From contig CAVXRD010000004.1 in assembly GCA_963764165.1 (NCBI GenBank), positions 64,001-128,000 of the forward strand: a stretch of 64,000 nt of DNA. The letters run 5' to 3'. Shown here piece after piece: positions 9,039 through 18,764 of the stretch. The notes under the pieces were generated by a model. The model was not told the DNA's origin. It ran no database searches and saw nothing but the letters and a program-made list of their open reading frames with translations. A program made the translations under genes and the position numbers. This DNA comes from an uncultured Verrucomicrobiae bacterium (GTDB lineage: Bacteria; Verrucomicrobiota; Verrucomicrobiia; Limisphaerales; Palsa-1400). The first letter of the stretch is position 1, and each line of letters begins with the position of its first letter.

Positions 9039-12000
9039 TTACTTTTTGAAGGCGGCATTGGCTCGTTTGCCGCCGGATTCGATATAGGCGATCAAGTCCC
9101 AGATTTCATCTTCAGTCATGGAATTGACCAAGCCTTCGGGCATCGGCGAAATCTTGGACGGCTTGCGCGAAATCACATCCGCCTTGGCGACCTCCACGCG
9201 GTTCGGATGCATGGAATCGGTCATCAACACCAGCTTCGTGTCGTTTTCGTCCAGCAGACGGCCCACCAAAGTGTCATCCTTCGTCTCGACGATAATGTTT
9301 TGATACTGCTCGGAAACAACTTTTGACGGCTCGAGAATCGATTCCAAAATATCGCGCGTCGACAAGCGGCTCGCCACCGCCGCCAATTCCGGCCCCACCG
9401 AGCCGCCCGTCTTGCCGAAGCGATGGCAGAGAATGCACTGCGCATCCGTGTAGGCGGCCTTGCCGTCTTTGAAGGAGCGGCCGGTTTTGGCTTTCGACAA
9501 ATCCGGAACGAGGTCGCCCATGTGCCATTCCTTGACGAATTTCCGAGTCGTAGCTTGGGGCATCGCTTCCTTTTCCTTGGGCAGAACATCCGCCAGTTGG
9601 TCGCGCTCTTCCGGGCTTAGGGTCGCGATGGCTTCGTTGCGGAAATTCTCAAGGAACGGCTGCATGCTCGCGCCATCGCTGTAATCGCGGTCGACGTCCT
9701 TGAAGTATTGCAGAATTTCCGCCGGATGCTTTGCCTCGTCGTGGTTCTTGTTGAACCAGGCGAAGTAATCGTGGCGCAGGTCGGAGGTCCAGCCGTTGGT
9801 GATCGTGCGCAAACGCATGACGTAGTAAGTCTGCTCCTCAAGGGTCGGCGCTTTGTCAAGCAGAGCAACCGTTTTGGCCACCGCATCGGGCGCCTGCAAA
9901 TAGAGCAGGATCGAGCACAACTCGCGATTCAACGGCAGCGTGGCAGCGGGATACAATGGATCGAGCTTTTCCGTGACAAGCTTGGCTACCTCCGCATTGG
10001 GCGCGCCTTGGCGGCTGAAACTCACTTCGATCAGGCGCAGCTTCAGCAACTGCTGCTCGGGAGTCAGGCCCGCCATCGGGAATTTTTTCAACGCCAGCAA
10101 CAGGTCACGCTGCGTGTCGCGCCCCCCAGTGCGGGCCAGGGCCAGCAGCGCCGTCAGCGCGGTTTCGGTGTTGGTTTCGGAAATCGCGCGATCCTTCCAC
10201 CACGCCACATCCTGAGATTCCAGCGCCTCCCGGGCCGCGTAACGAATCCATCGGTCATCACTGCCGAGCGAAGACCATACGGCGCCGACAATGCGGCGGT
10301 CGCGCCTTCCGTAAAATTCCTCCAAGTCGTGGCGCAAGCGGCGGGCTTCCTTGGCCTGGCTGGCAATTTCCTTGTCGGCGGCGGTCAAGTGCGGTTCCTC
10401 CACTTTCGGTCCAGTGTAAGTCAAGCGATACAAGCCCGACTCGGTATTGCGCCCGCCGGTGATGAAATAGAGCGCGCCGTCCTTGCCGATTTCGAGGGCG
10501 GTCAGGTTGAGCGGAATGCCGCGAAGGACTGTTTCCATCGAGGCGTCATAAGTCGCGCCATCTGGCGTGAAGTGGATTGCGAGCAAGCGACCATAGGACC
10601 AGTCCTCCATGAAGCAAGCGTCGCGATAAATTTTCGGAAACCTCGTTTTTGTCCCGAAGAGCAATCCGGTTGGCGAGCCGATGCCAACATCCAAAGCCGC
10701 GGGAAGCGTGTCTTCGTAGTATTCGGGAAATTTTCCGCTGCCTTCGCGAAAACCATAGTCCCCGCCCGCCACCAGATGAATCACGCGAATCGGGCGATAC
10801 CATGCCGCGCCCCAATCCCATTCCATATCGCTGTCAAATCCAATAAGTTCGCCAGCGGGATTAAACGCGACGTCATAAGTGTTGCGCATGCCCGCGTCGA
10901 ACAGCTCGCAATTCTTCCCGTCAAGATCCATGCGGATGACGTAACCGCCGGGAGGATGCAATCCCGCGCCAAAACCGCGCCCATCTTCCGCCCGCGGCAG
11001 CACTTGGTCATCCGCATAATTGCGCATCGGCGAACTTGGCAGAATGTCATCGGGAACTTTGGTGAAATTGCCGCAGACGATGTAAAGCTTGTGGTCAGGC
11101 CCCATGACGATTGAGTGCGAGCCGTGTTCGCCGCCCGCGCTCATCGGGCGAATGAATTCCGGTTTGCCAAATCCATCTCCATGCTCCCGCGCGCGATAAA
11201 TTCCCCAGCCGTTCGTCCCTTTGCCGTCGAGAAACAAATAATGATCGGCGTAAAGCAGTCCCATCGCCGAACCCATCGGAGTGCTTATGCGCTCAACATC
11301 AGAAACCCGGCCGTCGGAAATCGTCACGCGCAAAAGTTTGCCATCTTCCTGCGGCGAAATGATGAAGCGGCCTTTGCTGTCGATGGTCATCGCGATCCAT
11401 GAACCTTCGGTGACTTTGGCTGAGCGCAATAATTCAACCTTGAAACCCTTTTCGACTTTTATCGAGGCGGCGCTCGTCGCTTCGCGCTCGACCATGATCT
11501 GGCCCCACGGTTCGTCGCCCAATTTTCCGACCGAGGTGGCGCGGCGCCATGCGTCATCGTCAAAATCAACGGCAGTCCAGTTCGTTTTTTCCTCGGTGGA
11601 AACGAACCATGTGGTGTCGGTCACAATTTTGCGGATCGACCGCATGCCGTCCAAGGCGGACTTCTTTTTGGAATTGCCGCTGGAATCCTTCAGGTCCAAT
11701 TCCGCCACCGTTCCCGCTTTGCCGCCCGCGTTATGGGCGCGTATCGCAATAACGTTGTCACCTATAATAATATTTTTGGTGACATCGACCGTGGCTGGGC
11801 TTTTCCAATCCTTCACGGTCGCGACTTTTTTGCCATTGATGTAAAAATCCGCCCCGTCGTCACCGGACCCCATCAGCGTCGCCTCGGCGACCGCCTGTTT
11901 GACGGTAAACGCCTTGCGGAAATAACGGACTTCTTTCGTGGTCGATTCGTTGTTGGTGGTTGACCAAAGCCATTGCGGAGTTTGCGCTTGGGCCGCCGCC

Positions 12001-12068
12001 GCGGCAGTCAGTGCGATAAAGGCTGTCCACGCGCGAAGTTGCTTTTGCAGGGGAGTCATTAATTTCAT
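9039..12068 (-). CDS. PVC-type heme-binding protein, paralog with extra N-terminal beta-sandwich (carbohydrate-binding-like) domain
   Basis: Signal peptide, RYFRKAF...GDDGADFYING domain, HGSH propeller, CILCH heme motif. Confidence 0.85.
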   Translation of the reverse strand: MKLMTPLQKQLRAWTAFIALTAAAAAQAQTPQWLWSTTNNESTTKEVRYFRKAFTVKQAVAEATLMGSGDDGADFYINGKKVATVKDWKSPATVDVTKNIIIGDNVIAIRAHNAGGKAGTVAELDLKDSSGNSKKKSALDGMRSIRKIVTDTTWFVSTEEKTNWTAVDFDDDAWRRATSVGKLGDEPWGQIMVEREATSAASIKVEKGFKVELLRSAKVTEGSWIAMTIDSKGRFIISPQEDGKLLRVTISDGRVSDVERISTPMGSAMGLLYADHYLFLDGKGTNGWGIYRAREHGDGFGKPEFIRPMSAGGEHGSHSIVMGPDHKLYIVCGNFTKVPDDILPSSPMRNYADDQVLPRAEDGRGFGAGLHPPGGYVIRMDLDGKNCELFDAGMRNTYDVAFNPAGELIGFDSDMEWDWGAAWYRPIRVIHLVAGGDYGFREGSGKFPEYYEDTLPAALDVGIGSPTGLLFGTKTRFPKIYRDACFMEDWSYGRLLAIHFTPDGATYDASMETVLRGIPLNLTALEIGKDGALYFITGGRNTESGLYRLTYTGPKVEEPHLTAADKEIASQAKEARRLRHDLEEFYGRRDRRIVGAVWSSLGSDDRWIRYAAREALESQDVAWWKDRAISETNTETALTALLALARTGGRDTQRDLLLALKKFPMAGLTPEQQLLKLRLIEVSFSRQGAPNAEVAKLVTEKLDPLYPAATLPLNRELCSILLYLQAPDAVAKTVALLDKAPTLEEQTYYVMRLRTITNGWTSDLRHDYFAWFNKNHDEAKHPAEILQYFKDVDRDYSDGASMQPFLENFRNEAIATLSPEERDQLADVLPKEKEAMPQATTRKFVKEWHMGDLVPDLSKAKTGRSFKDGKAAYTDAQCILCHRFGKTGGSVGPELAAVASRLSTRDILESILEPSKVVSEQYQNIIVETKDDTLVGRLLDENDTKLVLMTDSMHPNRVEVAKADVISRKPSKISPMPEGLVNSMTEDEIWDLIAYIESGGKRANAAFKK

Positions 12069-12089
12069 GGGTGATTTGGAAAAGGGAAT

Positions 12090-13004
12090 TTATTCAGTGC
12101 CGGCAATGTATTGTTCCAGCAGCCGTTTTGCCAGGGCGAGACCCGTGTCTTCCAATTGCAGGCCGTCCCTGTGATTTCGGTAAACCGGGTCGTGCCAGCC
12201 TTCAATGCTGAGATCGGAATTGTATCCCACGCGAACAAGCGCGTGGACGATTTCCGCCCAATTGGCCTGGCCCAAGCCAGGAAAGCGATGTTCCGCCACG
12301 CCCGGATGGCAAAGGCCGTAGGTCTCAAGAAGCGGGCGGTTGATGTAAGCATCCTTCGCATGAACGTGAAAAATGCGCGAGCCAAATTTATGAATCGTGC
12401 CAACCGGCTCGATAAGCTGGCAAATCAAATGGCTCGGATCCCATTCCAAGCCGAGGTTTTCGCACGACGTGGCGTTAAAAAAGCGCTCCCATTGGGCGGG
12501 CTGGCTGAGCGTGTTGTAGTGCATCACAGGCAAATGCCATCGGCCTTGCGGGCAGTTTTCAAATGCGATCCGCACGTTTCTATCCGCCGCGAATTTCGCC
12601 AGCGGCTCCCAAAAGGCGACCAGTTGTGGAATGTAGTTCTCGAATGGTTTGTAGACGGGATTTCCGCCGCGTTCATTCATTTCCAATTCGATGACAGCAC
12701 CCGCGAAGCCCGAGACATTGCGAATCCCCATGAAGGAAGCGACTTCAATGGCCCGTTGAAAAGCAGCGCGGGCGGACTCGGTTTGTTTGGGGTCGAGCGG
12801 ATTTTTGTAATCGGCGCCGATGCTGGAAATGCGAATGTCGCGGTCCCTCAGCGCGGCCGAAAAATTTTCCGCGTATGGTTTCCAATCGGCATGGCAGGGT
12901 CCGGCCGGGCTTTCCGGGAACCGAACCCACTGGATGGAATGGAAATCCAGCTTCTTGAGCCAGTCGAAATCCTCCCAGCCACGGCTTAAAACACCTACGC
13001 GCAT
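12090..13004 (-). CDS. Sugar phosphate isomerase/epimerase (xylose isomerase-like TIM barrel)
   Basis: IAFENCP, LEWDPSH, HVHAKD, LSIEG; start chosen at MRVGVL. Confidence 0.85.
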   Translation of the reverse strand: MRVGVLSRGWEDFDWLKKLDFHSIQWVRFPESPAGPCHADWKPYAENFSAALRDRDIRISSIGADYKNPLDPKQTESARAAFQRAIEVASFMGIRNVSGFAGAVIELEMNERGGNPVYKPFENYIPQLVAFWEPLAKFAADRNVRIAFENCPQGRWHLPVMHYNTLSQPAQWERFFNATSCENLGLEWDPSHLICQLIEPVGTIHKFGSRIFHVHAKDAYINRPLLETYGLCHPGVAEHRFPGLGQANWAEIVHALVRVGYNSDLSIEGWHDPVYRNHRDGLQLEDTGLALAKRLLEQYIAGTE

Positions 13005-13210
13005 CCCGCATGTTGCCGCAGGAGGAAAACACTTCAAAGCGGAAATTGCGGTGAAAAAACCAAGGGTGCAATAGGGTGAAATAGTGCGCAATGCCTGGAT
13101 CACAGGTTTATTGAGCCGTCCTGGCTAAACGGACCGTTTTCAAACATTAATTTCCTCCAACAGAAGAAAAATGAATTTACTTACGAGCGCTCATATTGCG
13201 CTCATCGTTC

Positions 13211-13428
13211 CTTCCATTAACACACCGCTTCAGCGGGGCGTAGGCGCAGCCGGAACCACAAAAACCGTTTTAGCGGTTTCGTCAACGCGCAACCTCAACC
13301 CGTAACGCTCCGCCAGCCATTTCATCTCATCCGAGCATGTTCTCTAGGGCTGAACCGTTGGAAACCGTTAAGACGGTTTCTCCGTCCTCAGCCTCGGACC
13401 ACCCGCTGAAGCGGGGTGTTCATGAAAG
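13211..13428. repeat. REP/REPIN-like inverted-repeat element (family B)
   Basis: CATTAACACACCGCTTCAGCGGGG and CCCGCTGAAGCGGGGTGTTCATG arms with internal AAACCGTT..CGGTTT palindromes. Confidence 0.75.
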
Positions 13429-13601
13429 AACCGCCAGAAGAATTCTGTCTTACAGTCGACGCAAGAAGGCTCAAATTTCGTCGGAGCTGGCAAAATATCA
13501 AAGAACACGCCGTGAGGGCGACAGGAGGAAAAATAAGCCCAAAAATCTTTTTTGTCAATTCTGCTTGCAGTTACACGGTTTAGTGGTATTCTCGAAAGCG
13601 T

Positions 13602-14711
13602 ATGACAACCGAATCATCGATTGTTCAGCCGGGGCCGGTGGCGAAAACAGCGCCGGGGGCGCCGGGCCGGGAGTGCTGCGGGCCGACAGGCCGCGCCCGC
13701 ACCAGCAAGATCGCGCGCCTGCCCGCCGATATCCGCGCTGAATTGAACGAGCGGCTTCTGGAGGCGGAGCCGCCTGCCGCCATTCTGGAATGGCTCAACG
13801 GCTTGCCGGAGGTGCAGCGCGTGCTGGCGCAATCTTTTGACTCCCAGCCCATCACGGAAGTCAACCTTTCGCGCTGGCGCCAGGGCGGTTACGCCGGGTG
13901 GCTGGAGCAGCGGAACACGCAGGAGGCGGTGGAAGCCGTGGCGACGGCCGCCGCCGGGGTGGAAGGTACGGCGGCGGAAAATCTCAACCGGCATCTGGCG
14001 GTCGTGCTGAGCGCGCGGCTGTTCGTGGAGATGCAGCGCTGCGGGGCCATGCCCGAAGGGCCGGACAAAACGGCGTCGCTGCACCAATTGGTGGTGTCCT
14101 ACGCCCTGCTGCGCCGGGCGGAGTATTACGGCGAGAAGGTGCGGCTTGACCGGGAAAAGCTGAAAATGCTGGAGGAGCGCCTGCGGCAAGAGGCGGAAAA
14201 AAACCGCAAGCGCTCGCCCGAGGAACAGGAGGACCGCATCAATAAAATCCTGGGCACGGGCCGCTTCGCCGCCAACTGGAACAACGACCTAAGACGATGG
14301 GAAGGGCCGGGAGCGGCCATGCGGTATGAGGAGGAGGAAGTCACGCTCCAGGTGAGGACGGAAATGAACCGGCGCTATCCGAATGGTTTCCCCGAAGGCT
14401 ACCGCCCTCCCTACGGCGACCCATTGCCCGTTTATCCTAAGCCTGTTGACACCCCAAAGAGCGTCAATCAATCAGCGCAGAAGCCCAGTGTTCCAGCGCG
14501 CAGCGATAGCGATAGCCCGCCCAACAATCCCGTTGGGAACGAGGAACGTGCATGCGCCCCGACACAGCGAACGGAACAGGAGCCAGCACGAGTGGATATT
14601 GGGCGGCAACCGACAAATGAACACCTTGTCACGATGACGCCTGCGCATGGGGTCGGGCAAGCGCATCCAAACCGAATCCCAGAGGGATGCCAGATTGCAG
14701 CCGGTGGTTGA
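13602..14711 (+). CDS. DUF3486 / Mu gp27-like HTH protein with low-complexity C-terminus
   Basis: SKIARLPADIRAELNERL...ILEWLN...NLSRWRQGGY; coiled-coil middle; ends inside a repeat. Confidence 0.6.
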   Translation: MTTESSIVQPGPVAKTAPGAPGRECCGPTGRARTSKIARLPADIRAELNERLLEAEPPAAILEWLNGLPEVQRVLAQSFDSQPITEVNLSRWRQGGYAGWLEQRNTQEAVEAVATAAAGVEGTAAENLNRHLAVVLSARLFVEMQRCGAMPEGPDKTASLHQLVVSYALLRRAEYYGEKVRLDREKLKMLEERLRQEAEKNRKRSPEEQEDRINKILGTGRFAANWNNDLRRWEGPGAAMRYEEEEVTLQVRTEMNRRYPNGFPEGYRPPYGDPLPVYPKPVDTPKSVNQSAQKPSVPARSDSDSPPNNPVGNEERACAPTQRTEQEPARVDIGRQPTNEHLVTMTPAHGVGQAHPNRIPEGCQIAAGG

Positions 14712-14910
14712 GCGGCAGCGACACCACCGGAAACAAATGCCAAAAATCCCCTCGGACCCTGGAAGGCGTCCCAGCTCCGTCCAAATACCGGCGCCGCATT
14801 TGACACCCGATGCTGGCACCCACTTCCGGGGTGCATTCCGATTTCTAAATTGTTATCCGGTGGCGTCGCTGCGCTCAACCACCGGCTACAATCTCGGATG
14901 CCTCCGGCAT
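14676..14910. repeat. REP/REPIN-like inverted-repeat element (family C)
   Basis: About 40-bp near-perfect inverted arms, 14692-14731 versus 14856-14894. Confidence 0.8.
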
Positions 14911-14986
14911 CACGGACGGAAACCCCCGAAAATTAGATGCGTCTGCCCTGGGCGCATGGAACGGGCACGGGCGCAAATCATGTTTT

Positions 14987-15105
14987 GGTAGGGACGCCTC
15001 GCCGAGGCGTCCGGGGTGAGGCATTATTCACGAGCGACCCTTTGCATATCCACGCGCAACCGGACGCCTCGGGCGGAAGTTCCGCTTCCCAGAGGCGTCC
15101 CTACC
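14987..15105. repeat. GTAG-type REP doublet (family A)
   Basis: GGTAGGGACGCCTCGCCGAGGCGTCC ... GGACGCCTC-insert-GAGGCGTCCCTACC. Confidence 0.85.
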
Positions 15106-15237
15106 TTTCAGAGAAAGTTTCAAAATCTGACTTGGGCCCGGCGGGCGTGGCGGCAATGCGGTTTTTGCGGCCCCGGCGCGAGCGGCGGGACTGCCCTATA
15201 AAATAGTCATCGTTGCCCCTTTTTACCCGCTGTGCTT

Positions 15238-15696
15238 TCAGTCTGGCCGTGGATTGCGAACAACCGGCGTTCGATCATTACCAAGCCGGTTGAACTGCTC
15301 CATTGATGCCGGTTGCGTCAATACTTTCACTAATCGGTAATCCTTTCCGGGTGGCATCGGCAACAGAAGACCCTGCAAACTTGAACCGGCTGGAATGTCT
15401 TCGTATCCCTGAACTCCTGTAATTTTGTGCTTTTCTCCGAACCTGCTGACGTTCGGTATAATCACTTCTTCGGCTCTCTCACGTCGAATCCAAAAGCCTT
15501 TGCTCTCAATTCGTGCTGGCCCGCCGAATATCGCCTCATCAAAAGGCAACTCGAATTCGCCACCAGGCCCGCGCAGCAATACCACGAGCCTTCCACCCGG
15601 TTTGATCTCGACGTTGTTTTGAACGACACGGTTGCACATATTTACCCCAATCGTGCCGGAAGCCCGCCTGACCTGTCGAACGATAATTTGATACAT
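15238..15696 (-). CDS. Hypothetical protein
   Basis: 152 aa ORF with ATG start; no recognisable motif. Confidence 0.5.
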   Translation of the reverse strand: MYQIIVRQVRRASGTIGVNMCNRVVQNNVEIKPGGRLVVLLRGPGGEFELPFDEAIFGGPARIESKGFWIRRERAEEVIIPNVSRFGEKHKITGVQGYEDIPAGSSLQGLLLPMPPGKDYRLVKVLTQPASMEQFNRLGNDRTPVVRNPRPD

Positions 15697-15889
15697 AAAT
15701 GGATATTATGGCATTTGATTTGACCGCCGCTGGCATGGGCTTGGCGAAAGTCGCTGAACTGGCTGCGACGTTGAAATAGACGCGCACCAGTCTTGGCAGT
15801 CGCAAACTTTTCAGGCCGCATGCAGACGTCTCACTTCCTGCACTAAATGAGACCGGCCGTAATCTCGGCGGCTCCAAGCCGAGTCGCGC

Positions 15890-18061
15890 TCAAAACAGCA
15901 GCGTTGCCCCAACCCTTATCTGGAACGGTTCGACGGGATGGAAAACTTCCGTGAACGTCGGCGACGCCGTCGGCGTAATCCTGGATGTGTAGGCGTAATC
16001 AATGTCGTGGCCGCGGCTGTCAAGCAGATTTAAAAACTCCGCGAAAAACTTCAAATGCTTGTTCGCTTGGTAACTCGCCTCGGCGTTCAACAGCAGCGTT
16101 GAAGCCGAACGGTATTCCCCATCCGAAGTCAAATCGCGAGGGCCGAAATATCGCAGCCGCAGGCTGGCCGTGAACTTGTTCCAATTCAGCAGCGACACAC
16201 CCGACGAAATCACCGCGCCCACTGCCTCCGGCACGCGCGTCCCGCCCGCACTCCCCGGCGCGGCGTCCGCCGCATCAGTCGAGGTGAAGCGCGCGGTCGA
16301 TTCCGCGATGTCAAAATCCAGGGCGAGATGTTCAATCGGCGTATAATAGTTTGCCCACTCGACACCATAACGATTGCTGTGTTGTTTGGAGGCCACCGTC
16401 GTTCCGGTATCGCCGTCCTGCTGCAATTCCGAATCGCTGTAAAGATACCAAAGCGACACCGTGCTTTGCAGATGCGGCAAGGCAAGCGAGCGCGCGCCGA
16501 TTTCCGCCCCGCGAGTTTGGATCAGCCCCGGAATTTTGGACACCGCCGTGTTGGGATACGGATTGTCCGCGGAAACGGGCTCTGCATTTTGAGTGGCGCC
16601 GCGCCCGTCGTTGCTGTGAAAGCCGAATCCTCCTTGCGCATACAACTCCGTTTTCGCCCACGGGCCAAACGTCACCCCGCCCTTCGGGCTGGGCAGCATT
16701 GTGGCGGATGTCCCGGAATTCGCGGGCGTCACCAGGCTGTTGACATCGAAGTAATCGATATCGCCGCGAAAGGCCAGCACCGAGCGAATTTTCTCCGACC
16801 ATTGAATGCGATTTTCCGCGTAAATTCCCGCCTCGGTGTCCGTAAAACGGTCCAGCTCCGTTGTGGCGGGCAGCACCGTGCCGCTGTTGACGTCGAACTT
16901 GGCGGTGCGCTGCCGATCCACCGTCTGGTAAAGGCCGTTGTCGATCCAATCGTTGCGAACCTGCAAGCCGACCGAATCCTCCATCTCCTTCCCAAACCAC
17001 TCGCTGTAAATAGAATGGCGCAAGTCCATCCCGCCGACCCACCGGTTGTCCTGCTGCTCGAATTGGTCGCCCAGCGCCGGGTCTGTCAAGTAATAGGTAA
17101 AATCCGAAAAGAGATTCAGGTAATAATAAAACCCGTAAACAGTCAGCTTTGTCTCGGTATTCTCGTCGTGGTGATGCCATTCGGCCTGAAGGCTGTATCG
17201 CTGCGACTCGCCGCCGTCCGTTGGGTTCAGCGTGCCGAAGTAGCCAACCAGCGGCAACGCATCGCTGGCAATCTGGTCGCTCGAATTCCATTTTCCGTGA
17301 TACGCCCGGCCCGAGACGCTGAAGCCGTTGGAATCCGTGCCCTGGCTGTAAGTGGCAAGTCCATTGAGTTTCAAATAATCATCCGGATGCACCCATGGCC
17401 CGTCGTCGTGATAAGCCTCGCCGCCAAAGAGCAAATGGCCGGGCCCGGCCGCTTCCGAGAACCCGAAGACTCCCCGTTCAAATCCATACGTACCGCCTTC
17501 GACTGTCACGAAATTTTGCGGCAGCGTCTGAAAGAAAACCAAATGCGCCGAGCCCGCCGAACCGTAATTGCCAACGGCGGCATCGTACGGCCCCTTCTCG
17601 TAATCCACCCGTTCGACCAATTCCGGAATGACGGTGTTCATGTCCGAATACCCTTCGCCATGCGCGTGCGAAGGCAAGTTGAGCGGCATGTCATCGATAT
17701 ACGTCGCGAAATCCGTCCCGTGATCGAGATTGAACCCGCGCAGAAAATACTGGTTCGCTTTGCCGCCGCCTGCGTGCTGGGTAATAATTACACCGGGAAT
17801 CGTCTCCAAAATTTCGCCCGCCCGCAGAATGGGGCGCGCCGCAATTTCATCCGCACCTACCGTCCCTTGCGAGGCCGAGGTCGCCGCCCCCAGCAAGCTA
17901 TCCTGCCTGCCAGTGACGACCACCTCGGGGAGCGTCGTCGTTTGATTCGTGGCGGCAGTGGCTCTGGCGGCGGGTTTATTCGTGAAAGCCTGGCCGAAAG
18001 CGCTCGTGGTGCCCGCAACGAAAGCGGACAAGAGCAGAAAATTCAATATGCGCCCTGACAT
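15890..18061 (-). CDS. TonB-dependent receptor
   Basis: Signal peptide, TonB-box-like EVVVTG, plug HAGGGKANQYFLRGFNLDHGTDF, C-terminal Phe. Confidence 0.93.
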   Translation of the reverse strand: MSGRILNFLLLSAFVAGTTSAFGQAFTNKPAARATAATNQTTTLPEVVVTGRQDSLLGAATSASQGTVGADEIAARPILRAGEILETIPGVIITQHAGGGKANQYFLRGFNLDHGTDFATYIDDMPLNLPSHAHGEGYSDMNTVIPELVERVDYEKGPYDAAVGNYGSAGSAHLVFFQTLPQNFVTVEGGTYGFERGVFGFSEAAGPGHLLFGGEAYHDDGPWVHPDDYLKLNGLATYSQGTDSNGFSVSGRAYHGKWNSSDQIASDALPLVGYFGTLNPTDGGESQRYSLQAEWHHHDENTETKLTVYGFYYYLNLFSDFTYYLTDPALGDQFEQQDNRWVGGMDLRHSIYSEWFGKEMEDSVGLQVRNDWIDNGLYQTVDRQRTAKFDVNSGTVLPATTELDRFTDTEAGIYAENRIQWSEKIRSVLAFRGDIDYFDVNSLVTPANSGTSATMLPSPKGGVTFGPWAKTELYAQGGFGFHSNDGRGATQNAEPVSADNPYPNTAVSKIPGLIQTRGAEIGARSLALPHLQSTVSLWYLYSDSELQQDGDTGTTVASKQHSNRYGVEWANYYTPIEHLALDFDIAESTARFTSTDAADAAPGSAGGTRVPEAVGAVISSGVSLLNWNKFTASLRLRYFGPRDLTSDGEYRSASTLLLNAEASYQANKHLKFFAEFLNLLDSRGHDIDYAYTSRITPTASPTFTEVFHPVEPFQIRVGATLLF

Positions 18062-18090
18062 CAATGCCTGTCTTATACGTATCTCGCCAC

Positions 18091-18174
18091 CGGTCGGATG
18101 CAGATGGCGCAAACCACCCGCATGAGGCAGGTCGGGCAATACCCGCCATCACCGCCTTACTTGGCTTTCGACCG
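18091..18174 (-). ncRNA. Candidate structured 5' leader of the TonB receptor gene (class unknown)
   Basis: Closing stem CGGTCG/CGACCG enclosing two hairpins (AGGCGGT..ACCTGCCT; ATGCGGGTGG..CCATCTGCAT). Confidence 0.35.
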
Positions 18175-18200
18175 AAAATTTCTCACTCCCGCCCATTCCC

Positions 18201-18265
18201 GTCAAACGAAGATTTGACAGTTCGAAGCTCCTTCTGTTGACATCTTTCGCCAATGCCCATACCGT
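18201..18265. promoter_or_regulatory. Divergent promoter region
   Basis: Palindrome GTCAAA-N6-TTTGAC (18201-18218); TTGACA(18237)-17bp-TACCGT(18260) just ahead of GTG 18273. Confidence 0.5.
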
Positions 18266-18272
18266 CGTGAGC

Positions 18273-18659
18273 GTGCTGCTTCGATTGGCCAAATTAATTC
18301 TGGTGGTGGCGCTGGCGTGTTCGATCGGTTTGCACTGGGCTCTGCTGCAATCGGTCGCGTGGAGTTCCATGCTCGCGGGGAATTTGCGCCATGACGCCCT
18401 TTACCAAGCCATTGAACACACTTTCGATGGCCAGCATCCGTGCAATCTTTGCAAGGCCATTGCGGATGGAAAAAATTCCGAGAACAAGAGCGAGATTGCT
18501 CCGCTGTCCAAATCGCTGGAGTTCCCGCCCGCCACCGAGGATGTGGCATGGTCCGCCCCGGCCGAATACTCTCTGCCGTCAGCAGCCGAAATTTTTCCGA
18601 ACCCTTCTGCTCAAACTCCGCCCACGCCCCCGCCGCGAGCGCTCCCTGCCCTCGCCTAA
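18273..18659 (+). CDS. DUF2946/CruR-like small membrane protein (candidate regulatory leader ORF)
   Basis: N-terminal hydrophobic segment, HPCNLC motif, C-terminal PPTPPPRALP; start GTG 18267 or 18273. Confidence 0.7.
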   Translation: MLLRLAKLILVVALACSIGLHWALLQSVAWSSMLAGNLRHDALYQAIEHTFDGQHPCNLCKAIADGKNSENKSEIAPLSKSLEFPPATEDVAWSAPAEYSLPSAAEIFPNPSAQTPPTPPPRALPALA

Positions 18660-18680
18660 GTCATAACGTTCCCTTTTGTT

Positions 18681-18711
18681 TCGCGCGGCTTTGCGGCGCG
18701 AGTGTTTTTTT
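18681..18711 (+). terminator. Intrinsic terminator / attenuator-like hairpin
   Basis: TCGCGC-GGCTTTGCG-GCGCGA followed by GTG and T7. Confidence 0.5.
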
Positions 18712-18764
18712 CCTGAATTGAGGCCCGAGCGTTGCGGTGCCTCGCAACTTTGAATCTTTGTAAA

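Noticed and set aside
18068..18086. CTGTCTTATACGTATCT resembles the Tn5/Nextera mosaic end CTGTCTCTTATACACATCT
   Set aside because: Needs a 2-nt deletion plus three mismatches; not adapter contamination on this evidence
18135..18156. GGTGATGG on the minus strand suggesting a fluoride riboswitch
   Set aside because: Lacks the pairing partner and the downstream CTGATG-like element; the downstream gene does not fit
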